Shown piece by piece: positions 56,935 through 64,000 of a stretch of DNA of 64,000 nucleotides. This DNA is from Alkalispirochaeta sp. (GTDB taxonomy: Bacteria; Spirochaetota; Spirochaetia; DSM-27196; Alkalispirochaetaceae): contig OZ271854.1 in NCBI GenBank assembly GCA_965601925.1, positions 1,088,001 to 1,152,000 of the forward strand, given 5' to 3'. Every line of letters begins with the position of its first letter. Positions within the stretch are counted from its first letter, which is position 1. Made by a program: the position numbers and the translations under genes. Under the pieces are notes generated by a model. It made no database searches. It was not told where the DNA came from and saw only the letters and a list, made by a program, of their open reading frames with translations.

Positions 56935-58137
56935 TCACGGAAAGCGACGTCTCGCCCCCTTCTCGTAGGTAATCTTCTTACAGCCGTTGAAGCGTGCGAA
57001 GGCTTTAAGCTCGACGGCAAACCGATCTTTGAAGTTCTTGTCCCTCCGATACTCTTCGTAGAGGTGCAGGGCGTAGACGCGAAGGATGCCCTCTTTTCGC
57101 TCCGCCCCGGCGTCGACCAATCCGGCGAATCCTCGCCCGTTGACAATAGGCAGGCTGAAGTAGCCGTAGCGTCGTTTCTCGGCCGGCACATAACACTCGA
57201 TTTGGTAGGGAAACCCGAAGAGCTCCTCCAAGAGGCCCCGCTGAATGACAAGTCCATCGAAGGGTGAGAGAATTTTGACTCCGTCGCGATCGTCGGTCGT
57301 CCCGGCATCGCCGGTGACGCGATCGACTTCGGTGAGGAGCTCCGGTCGGCAGTACCACGTCCCCGACCCTTCGATGTCGACGGCGATGATGCGTCCCTCT
57401 TCAACCCCTTCGGCCAGGACCGTGGAGATTTCCTCACGACCGTCGCGATGCTGAAAACGCAGATAGCGGCCGCGGCTCACACCGGTATTCCGTAGACTTA
57501 AATCGATAAGGTATGCCGCCATCTCCTTGTCGCCGGGCATCGTCGTGTCGAGGTCGCCGGGAAGGACATCTTCGGGCAGGGCGTAAACCTTCTGAAAACC
57601 CATTCGTTCTTTCACGACCAGTCGGCCCTGGTGAAACAGGTGTTCGAGGGCGATCTTCGCCGGCTTCCAGTCCCACCAGCCGTTGGATGAATGCCGCTGG
57701 TCGGCGAAGTCTCTGGTCATGAGCGGTCCCTCGGAGCGGATACGATCCATGACTCGGGCTATCTCCGTGCGATTCTCTTCAAACCACTGAAAACCCTTCG
57801 TTCGCATACGCTCCATGCGCGGCAGGCAATAGCGAAAGTTCTTCGTCGGAAGATAGGCGGCGGCGTGGGACCAGTACTCGAAGACCTCACCTCGGGCGAC
57901 CGCGGCGTCCAGATCGGCGGGCCGGTAACCGTCGACGCGACTCCACAGCGAGTGGTGGTGGGCGCGTTCGACACGGGAAATGGTGTCGATTTGAACGTAG
58001 CCGAAGTCCTTCAAGGCCTTCGCGACATCCCGCGCGGGATCGGAGCGAAAGAGATGGGCAAGAATGAGCCGGCGCGCCTCGGCGAGACTGAGGGAGAGGG
58101 GCTGCGGACCCGCCGAGAGGTCGGTTCGGTTCGTCAT
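56935..58137 (-). CDS. ycaQ: YcaQ/AlkZ family (HTH_42) DNA crosslink repair glycosylase
   Basis: Catalytic QxD 'VQIDT', 'FEYWSHAA', 'WWDWKPAK.ALE', 'LSPFD', 'IECYVP..KR.YGYF'. Confidence 0.85.
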   Translation of the reverse strand: MTNRTDLSAGPQPLSLSLAEARRLILAHLFRSDPARDVAKALKDFGYVQIDTISRVERAHHHSLWSRVDGYRPADLDAAVARGEVFEYWSHAAAYLPTKNFRYCLPRMERMRTKGFQWFEENRTEIARVMDRIRSEGPLMTRDFADQRHSSNGWWDWKPAKIALEHLFHQGRLVVKERMGFQKVYALPEDVLPGDLDTTMPGDKEMAAYLIDLSLRNTGVSRGRYLRFQHRDGREEISTVLAEGVEEGRIIAVDIEGSGTWYCRPELLTEVDRVTGDAGTTDDRDGVKILSPFDGLVIQRGLLEELFGFPYQIECYVPAEKRRYGYFSLPIVNGRGFAGLVDAGAERKEGILRVYALHLYEEYRRDKNFKDRFAVELKAFARFNGCKKITYEKGARRRFP

Positions 58138-58143
58138 GGATGA

Positions 58144-58172
58144 AGCATAGGGAAAGGCGGGGCTCCGGACAA
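58144..58172 (-). promoter_or_regulatory. sigma70 promoter TTGTCC-N17-TATGCT for ycaQ (leaderless)
   Basis: ATG at 58137 is the 7th base after the -10; no SD. Confidence 0.6.
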
Positions 58173-58244
58173 GCCGTACGCAGTATTGCGGAGCCCGTCG
58201 ATGGAAGCGCCGAGAGTCACCCGGTTCGGCGTCGGGTGCAACAC

Positions 58245-58976
58245 TCAGCGATGTTGCGCCGATTTCGGCCGGCCGGAGCCGAGGCGGTCGACGAGCCGGT
58301 ACGGCGTCATCGACGAAATACTCTTTACCTCGCGACACATGTGGGCCTGATCGCTGTAGCCGGCGCGTAGGGCAAGATCGGCGTCGGGCCCGCCGCGCCT
58401 CGCCAAGGCGACGAAGGCGCGAAATCTGGCGATTCGGACGAAGTCGAGGGGCGTGACTCCCGTTACACGCCGAACTCTTCGCTCGAGGGTGCGAAGGGAC
58501 AGTCCGAACAGTCCGGCGTTTCGGGCGATTTCATCGCGGTGCGGCCGCTTCTCAAGACTGCGCATCACTCGGTCCAGCAGGGGATCGTAGTGCTCCGTGA
58601 GACGGGAGGGAAGCTCGTCGCCGGCGTACACGACGCCGCGACGCCGTCCCTCCACGAGACGATCCACCAGAGCCGTCGTCAATCGATCGGAGGCGAGAAT
58701 ATCGTGAGCGGCCGTGCAGGTGGCGGCGCTGAACTGCACACCGAGAAAGAGCTCATTCCGCTCGACACGTACTTCATAACTCACCAGATCGAACCCCGTG
58801 TAGACCGTACGAAGCACATCGCGACTCCGTCGATCGATCACGACGAGGATATCGGCCCTCGCGTCGGGCACGACCAAGTGGTGCGTCGACTCCTGGGAAG
58901 AGGGGGCGGCGCGCCACATCGTTATGCCGAATCTCGGATCGACGTCGTGCTTCACCGTTGAAAACGCCAGGGCCAT
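58245..58976 (-). CDS. AraC family transcriptional regulator (DUF6597-type)
   Basis: 'VVPDARADI', 'SLRTLERR....GVTP', 'GYSDQAHMCRE'; start uncertain (58976 or 59027). Confidence 0.85.
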   Translation of the reverse strand: MALAFSTVKHDVDPRFGITMWRAAPSSQESTHHLVVPDARADILVVIDRRSRDVLRTVYTGFDLVSYEVRVERNELFLGVQFSAATCTAAHDILASDRLTTALVDRLVEGRRRGVVYAGDELPSRLTEHYDPLLDRVMRSLEKRPHRDEIARNAGLFGLSLRTLERRVRRVTGVTPLDFVRIARFRAFVALARRGGPDADLALRAGYSDQAHMCREVKSISSMTPYRLVDRLGSGRPKSAQHR

Positions 58977-59063
58977 ACGAGATTGAATGTCGCCGACGTT
59001 CAATACGTCAAGCGTTCCTTCGGTCACACTCTATCGCAACCATATCGTAGCGGAGGACCTGCA

Positions 59064-59426
59064 ATGTCATCGAACGAATCACCCGACGCATTTCTCGAGT
59101 CTCTATCTATGAGGGCACCGGATATCGCGACCATCGTCGATACTCTTCGCGCCCTCGTGAAGGCCGAACTCGGAACGGGAGTCGAACGCGTCCGTTACGG
59201 AGGACTGATGTTCGGCCGCGAACATATCGGCGTGTTCCCGCGAAAACGTCACGTCACGGTGGAGTTTGGAAACGGCGTCGCTATGAACGACCCGTACAAC
59301 CTCCTCGCGGGAACGGGACGGTCGAGGCGTCACATCGCCGTTGCGACGACGGAGGAGATTGAGACCAAACACCTTGCGGAGTATCTACACGAGTCGCAGC
59401 GCCTCGAATCGGGTGGAGGGCCTTAG
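59064..59426 (+). CDS. DUF1801 domain protein
   Basis: 'E.VRYGG..F', 'HVTVEF..G....DP..LL.G.G..RRH'; RBS GGAGGA. Confidence 0.8.
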   Translation: MSSNESPDAFLESLSMRAPDIATIVDTLRALVKAELGTGVERVRYGGLMFGREHIGVFPRKRHVTVEFGNGVAMNDPYNLLAGTGRSRRHIAVATTEEIETKHLAEYLHESQRLESGGGP

Positions 59427-59663
59427 AGCGTCCCTACCGTCACGAAGCGCGTGGGTCCAACCTTGTCGCCAAACTCGAAAGCGAGTTCCTCGGACATCGG
59501 TTTCCGCCTCACGAAGCGGTAGCTCGGTGAATCACGGTCGACAGGATAGAGGGCACCCTCGCGCCGGTCGATATTGTGTCTATTTCGTTCCGCGGTCACG
59601 GCTTGCACGAAAAAGACGCCGCGCCTGTCGAGATACGATGAACTCGAACGACTATATGGCGAG

Positions 59664-61031
59664 ATGATCAACGCAAACATACGAACAACCCTCGCGCCCA
59701 TGGTACGAATGGCCCTACCCATTGCCCTCCAAATGCTTCTGCAAACCCTCCTCAACGTCTTCGATACCGTCATGGTAGGTCGGCTCGGCGAAGTCGCGAT
59801 TGGAGCGATTGCATTGGGGAACCAAGTCTATTTCCTCGTCGTGCTCTTTCTCTTCGGCGTAGGAAGCGGCGCGGCGGTCTTCGCTTCGCAGTACTGGGGC
59901 AACCACGACACGGGGGGTGTGCGTCGTTCCTTGGGGGCGTCACTCCTCTTCGGCCTCGTTGGGTCCGGCTTTGTCGCTCTGGTCGCGATGTTCGTTCCTC
60001 GAGCACTTCTGTCGGTGTTCACGATCGATCGGGCCGTCATTCGCGAGGGGGCACGATATCTGCGTATCGTCGGCCCGAGCTATCTGTTTGCCGCGGTCAC
60101 CATCAGCTACAGCGCCGCCTTACGCAGCGTCGGTAACACGCGACTGCCGATGCGTGCGACGGCGATCTCGATCGTCATTAACGTCGTGGGAAACTATCTA
60201 TTTATTTTCGGAGCCTTCGGGTTTCCGCGACTCGCCGTGGCGGGTGCCGCCGTGGCAACCGTGGTCGCTCGACTCGTCGAAATGCTCATCGTTCTCGGTA
60301 CGGTCTATCGCAACCAAGGACCGGTCGCCGCCCGATTGCACGATCTTCTGTCGTGGAATAGGGCCTTTTTTCGTCACTTTACCGCCCGGGCGGTGCCGGT
60401 CATCGGTAACGATCTGTTCTGGGCCTTAGGGTTTACAATGTACACCGTCGTCTTCGGACGGTTGGGAACGGAGTACCTTGCGGCCTACAATATCTCCGAT
60501 ACTATCGGCCGACTCACGTTGGTCCTGTTTATCGGCACCGCCCAGGCGGCCCAGATCATGATCGGGAATGACGTGGGTGCCGGGCGCCTCGATGACGGGC
60601 GGGAGAAGGCCGGGCTACTACTGAAGGTGATTCCCATCGCTTCGACGCTCGTCGGCCTCATCCTGTTCTTTCCCGTCGCCGCCGTAGTCCCCCAACTCTA
60701 TCGCATAGGCGAACCATCGCGAGCGCTCTTGTCCCAATTCGTCCGTTTTTATGCGCTTCTCATTATTGCGAAGGTTCTCAACATTCATATCATCACCGGC
60801 ATCCTCCGCGGCGGCGCAGATACTCGTGTTGCGTTTCTCATCGACGTCTTGCCGCTTTGGATAGTCGGGGTACCGCTGGCGTTCCTACTGGCGTTTGTGC
60901 TTCCCGTACCACCGCTGTTTACCTACGCAGCGTTCTTCGTCGAGGAGACACTGCGCTGCGCCGTCGGTATTAAACGTGTTACGTCGGGAAAATGGATACA
61001 TGTGATAATCGATTCAATGCCACATCGATAG
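59664..61031 (+). CDS. MATE family efflux transporter
   Basis: 'ALPIALQ.L....NVFDTVMVGRLG', 'NVVGNYLFIFG.FG.P.L.VAGAA.AT', 'ILRGG.DT'. Confidence 0.92.
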   Translation: MINANIRTTLAPMVRMALPIALQMLLQTLLNVFDTVMVGRLGEVAIGAIALGNQVYFLVVLFLFGVGSGAAVFASQYWGNHDTGGVRRSLGASLLFGLVGSGFVALVAMFVPRALLSVFTIDRAVIREGARYLRIVGPSYLFAAVTISYSAALRSVGNTRLPMRATAISIVINVVGNYLFIFGAFGFPRLAVAGAAVATVVARLVEMLIVLGTVYRNQGPVAARLHDLLSWNRAFFRHFTARAVPVIGNDLFWALGFTMYTVVFGRLGTEYLAAYNISDTIGRLTLVLFIGTAQAAQIMIGNDVGAGRLDDGREKAGLLLKVIPIASTLVGLILFFPVAAVVPQLYRIGEPSRALLSQFVRFYALLIIAKVLNIHIITGILRGGADTRVAFLIDVLPLWIVGVPLAFLLAFVLPVPPLFTYAAFFVEETLRCAVGIKRVTSGKWIHVIIDSMPHR

Positions 61032-61078
61032 CGTAGGGTGTAACCGAGGCGCGAGACGATACGAGAATATGCCTCCCG

Positions 61079-61105
61079 TGTCGAAATCCGGGGGATGCAG
61101 ACGAC
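61079..61105 (+). promoter_or_regulatory. candidate ECF42-type promoter TGTCGA-N17-CGAC
   Basis: Matches the ECF42 motif as I recall it (-35 TGTCGA, -10 CGA/TC), just upstream of the DGPF gene. Confidence 0.55.
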
Positions 61106-61150
61106 TATATGACAACGAAACGATCGTCGAGGTAGAGGAGGAGATGTACG

Positions 61151-61525
61151 ATGAAGTATCTGTGTGCGGTGTTTATCGACGGTGAGAAAATGAAGACACT
61201 CTCGGAGGACGAGAGGCTGGAGCTCGACCGGGGCACTATAGAGCACGATCGCAGTATGGCCGTCCGAGGCAACCTGATTATGGCACACCCGTTGGACGGT
61301 GACTCGGTTACCGTACGAATGCGCGACGGTAAGATGTCGGTCACCGACGGACCGTTTGCCGAGACGCGCGAAGTGCTTGGCGGCTTCGTCATGCTGGAGG
61401 CGGCGGACATGAACGACGCGATTCGGCTGATGAGCGACAACCCGATCACCGAGTTCAGTAGCATCGAAATACATGGAGTTGTCGAGCGCGATATTCACGG
61501 TGTGAACCGGGAGTCGGCGGAGTGA
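61151..61525 (+). CDS. YciI/DGPF family protein
   Basis: 'TDGPFAETREVLGGF'. Confidence 0.9.
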   Translation: MKYLCAVFIDGEKMKTLSEDERLELDRGTIEHDRSMAVRGNLIMAHPLDGDSVTVRMRDGKMSVTDGPFAETREVLGGFVMLEAADMNDAIRLMSDNPITEFSSIEIHGVVERDIHGVNRESAE

Positions 61526-62340
61526 GTTCGCACGACGACGAGTTGACGCGTTTCGAGGTCGACGGAGCGCCGCCGTTACCGGATCCGACCGTTCAAGGCC
61601 GTGTCGAACACAACGGCGCGCATATCTGGTACGCCACCTTCGGGTCCGGGGCGCCGGTTGTCTTACTCCACGGCGGTCTGGGACATAGCGGTAACTGGAG
61701 TTACCAGGTTCCGGTGCTGACGGCGAACGGGTATCGCGTCATTGCAATCGACACACGCGGTCACGGCCGTAGCACGTGCGATGATCGGCCCTTTTCCTAC
61801 GAGCTTCTGGCAACCGACGTTCTCGCGGTCCTCGATGTGCTCGGCGTACATACGGCGTCGTACGTGGGCTGGAGCGACGGCGCGGTCGTGGCCCTCACCG
61901 TTGCAATGCAGGCGCCGACGCGCGCCCGCGGCGTCGTGTTTTTTGCGTGCGCCATGGACCCGAGCGGGCTCAAGCCCCTTGACGGGTCGATGCCGATTCT
62001 TTCTCGCGTGTATCGCCGTCACGCAGAAGACTACCGACGCCTGTCACCGACTCCCGACCGGTTCGAGCAGTTTTCAGAGGCGGTACAGAAGATGATGACG
62101 ACCGAGCCGAACTACTCAGCCGACGAGTTACACGCCATCGCGACCCGCGTGTTCGTCTTAAGAAGCTCCAACGACGAGTTTATTAAGCCCGAACACGCCG
62201 ACTATTTGGCGCGCACCATTCCGGACGCCCGGTTGGTCGAGCTGCGCGGGGTAAGTCACTTCGCGCCGTGGCAACGCCCGCGGCAGTTCAACGAGACGTT
62301 ACTCGCGTGCTTGACCGGGTTCGAACGGGACGATGAATAG
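61522..62340 (+). CDS. alpha/beta fold hydrolase
   Basis: 'LLHGGLG', 'D.RGHGRS', nucleophile 'GWSDG', 'SHF'. Confidence 0.9.
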   Translation: MSSHDDELTRFEVDGAPPLPDPTVQGRVEHNGAHIWYATFGSGAPVVLLHGGLGHSGNWSYQVPVLTANGYRVIAIDTRGHGRSTCDDRPFSYELLATDVLAVLDVLGVHTASYVGWSDGAVVALTVAMQAPTRARGVVFFACAMDPSGLKPLDGSMPILSRVYRRHAEDYRRLSPTPDRFEQFSEAVQKMMTTEPNYSADELHAIATRVFVLRSSNDEFIKPEHADYLARTIPDARLVELRGVSHFAPWQRPRQFNETLLACLTGFERDDE

Positions 62341-63583
62341 TCCGAACGGCGTGACGGACCGGCACGTCGCCGCCGCGATCGACGAGATCTATCGCACCGA
62401 ATCGCGCCGTGTCCTGGCGACCTTGATTCGGCTTCTGGGCGACTTCGACCTGGGCGAGGAGGCGCTGCAGGAGGCGTTCGTCGCCGCGACGCGGCAGTGG
62501 CCGGTCGACGGCGTACCACGCAACCCGCGCGCCTGGTTGATCTCGACGGGCCGTTTTCGCACGATCGATCGACTGAGGCGATCGAATCGGCGGCGACGGG
62601 CGCTGCGAGAACTGGTTGAGCGCGAGACTCGGAGCGCGGACTCCGATAAGCAACCGATCGCCGACGATCGATTGCGCCTGATCTTCACCTGCTGTCATCC
62701 CGACCTCTCGCCGGATGCGCGAATCGCGCTCACCCTGCGAGAGGTGTGCGGCGTAGCGACCGAGGCGATCGCGCGCGCGTTTCTGATCAAAACGGCGACC
62801 GTCGCGCAGCGCATTGTGCGGGCAAAGGTTCAGATACGCGATCGCCGCATTCGCTACGCGGTGCCCGAGCCCGAGCACTGGTCGGCGCGGCTTGCAAGCG
62901 TGTTGCGCGTGGTCTATTTGGTCTACACCACCGGGTACGCAGCGGGCGCACGCGAGGAAGCTCGGAGTCTCTGTGTCGAGGCGGTCCGTCTGGCACGCTT
63001 GGTGCACGAGTTGGTATCGGACGACGAGGCAACGGGGCTTTTGGCCCTGATGGTGTTGCAGGAGTCACGGCGCACCGCACGCTTCACGGCCGACGGCGAC
63101 GTCGTGCTCCTTGCCGCGCAGAACCGGGCACTGTGGGATCACCAGCTGATCGCCGAGGGGCGGCGACTCGCCGCACAAGTCTCCGAATGCGAACCGATCG
63201 GACCGTACGCGATTCAGGCCGCAATTGCCGCAGTTCACGCCGGCGCCGAGTCGTACAACGACACCGACTGGAATAAGATCGTGCGATGGTACGACCTGTT
63301 GACGATAGCCGATCCGTCGCCGGTTGTGGGACTGAATCGCGCGGCGGCCGTCGGCATGCGGGACGGACCCGAAGCCGGTTTAGCGAGTTTGGCGGATGTT
63401 GAACGCGACGGCGCGTTAGGAGACTATTACCTGCTACACGCCGCCAAAGCGGACGCGCTGCGTCGCCTGGGCCGCAACCGCGAGGCGCTCGGCGCCTACC
63501 GTCGCGCATTGGCAACGGCGGCGAACGAGTCGGACCGACGATTTCTCGAACGACGCATTCGCGACGTTCGCGCGTCGGTGTGA
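62333..63583 (+). CDS. ECF sigma factor with C-terminal TPR extension (ECF42-type, DUF6596)
   Basis: 'DDRLRLIFTCCHP', 'AQRIVRAK', 'GPY.IQAAIAAVH', 'SPVV.LNRA'. Confidence 0.92.
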   Translation: MNSPNGVTDRHVAAAIDEIYRTESRRVLATLIRLLGDFDLGEEALQEAFVAATRQWPVDGVPRNPRAWLISTGRFRTIDRLRRSNRRRRALRELVERETRSADSDKQPIADDRLRLIFTCCHPDLSPDARIALTLREVCGVATEAIARAFLIKTATVAQRIVRAKVQIRDRRIRYAVPEPEHWSARLASVLRVVYLVYTTGYAAGAREEARSLCVEAVRLARLVHELVSDDEATGLLALMVLQESRRTARFTADGDVVLLAAQNRALWDHQLIAEGRRLAAQVSECEPIGPYAIQAAIAAVHAGAESYNDTDWNKIVRWYDLLTIADPSPVVGLNRAAAVGMRDGPEAGLASLADVERDGALGDYYLLHAAKADALRRLGRNREALGAYRRALATAANESDRRFLERRIRDVRASV

Positions 63584-63665
63584 CGCACAAGACTGCATAA
63601 GATGAGGCGGTAGCGCGTTCCGGCATCGGTGCCTCTCGAGCCGCCCGAAGCACGACGGAGAGCGG

Positions 63666-64000
63666 CTATCGTGACAACGCAGCCGTTCGGTGCGCGTCTG
63701 CCGATTTCAGAACGCGCAACGCTCGGAGGGTGACCCACTTGCTTGCCCGACCAAGAGGCTCCTGTTGAAACCACGTCGGGCCCTTCAGTTGGTACTCCTG
63801 TATCCACCGCCCGTCGTCGGTCCTCTTCGACTCGACCAATCGTATCGCGCCGGCAAGCCTCGGATCCGAAATCACGCCTACGCCTGTAAGGGCTTCCATG
63901 TTGTGTAACACGTCGGAGGTGTAACCAAGGGGGTATCCGAACTTGAACCAGTTCGAACTCGGCGCCTCACCGTACACCGACGGATAATCCGCCAGCGCCG
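63666..64000 (-). CDS. C-terminal part of an alpha/alpha-toroid (prenyltransferase/squalene-cyclase-repeat-like) protein, truncated by the window edge
   Basis: 'FGYP..Y.SDVL..MEAL', 'DPRL..AI.LV.SKR..DGRW', 'SKWVTLRALRVLK'; frame stays open towards the window end. Confidence 0.6.
   Translation of the reverse strand, partial: ALADYPSVYGEAPSSNWFKFGYPLGYTSDVLHNMEALTGVGVISDPRLAGAIRLVESKRTDDGRWIQEYQLKGPTWFQQEPLGRASKWVTLRALRVLKSADAHRTAALSR

Noticed and set aside
1..64000. rRNA, tRNA, IS/transposase, integrase, prophage or known anti-phage systems
   Set aside because: No recognisable signatures by eye; small ncRNAs cannot be excluded without a covariance-model search.

Overview
A 64-kb, GC-rich, gene-dense bacterial chromosomal segment. 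It is probably from a free-living spirochaete, inferred from the 'FAGGxAE' solute-binding-protein signal peptide and diderm envelope genes. I found no rRNA, tRNA, CRISPR array, transposase or phage genes. Main contents: (1) small stress/redox modules with AraC and TetR regulators; (2) a pair of translationally coupled genes (8460-10918, minus) in which an acyl-CoA synthetase and a lipoate-ligase-like (LplA/BPL) domain each appear split in two and reciprocally fused (LplA-N::ACS-C, then ACS-N::LplA-C), divergent from a 3-oxoacid CoA-transferase, which is the best candidate for an undescribed system; (3) a ~19-kb LacI-family sugar-conjugate catabolic region with two paralogous ABC importers, GH43, a beta-propeller hydrolase, an epimerase, an ADP-ribosylglycohydrolase and a sulfatase, marked by three 30-bp 'expanded' operators and interrupted by an FAD-monooxygenase/TetR module; (4) a Gld-like ABC system, a large ADP-ribosylglycohydrolase and a PP2C phosphatase; (5) a DUF2975/XRE-associated envelope cluster with a serine hydrolase::MipA/OmpV fusion, a LolCDE/MacB-type exporter, a LolA-like protein and an outer-membrane barrel; (6) a ClbS-like, MFS, YcaQ, MATE neighbourhood and an ECF42-type sigma operon. 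Several genes look leaderless and several deletion scars are visible. All family assignments are from motif recognition by eye, not database searches.
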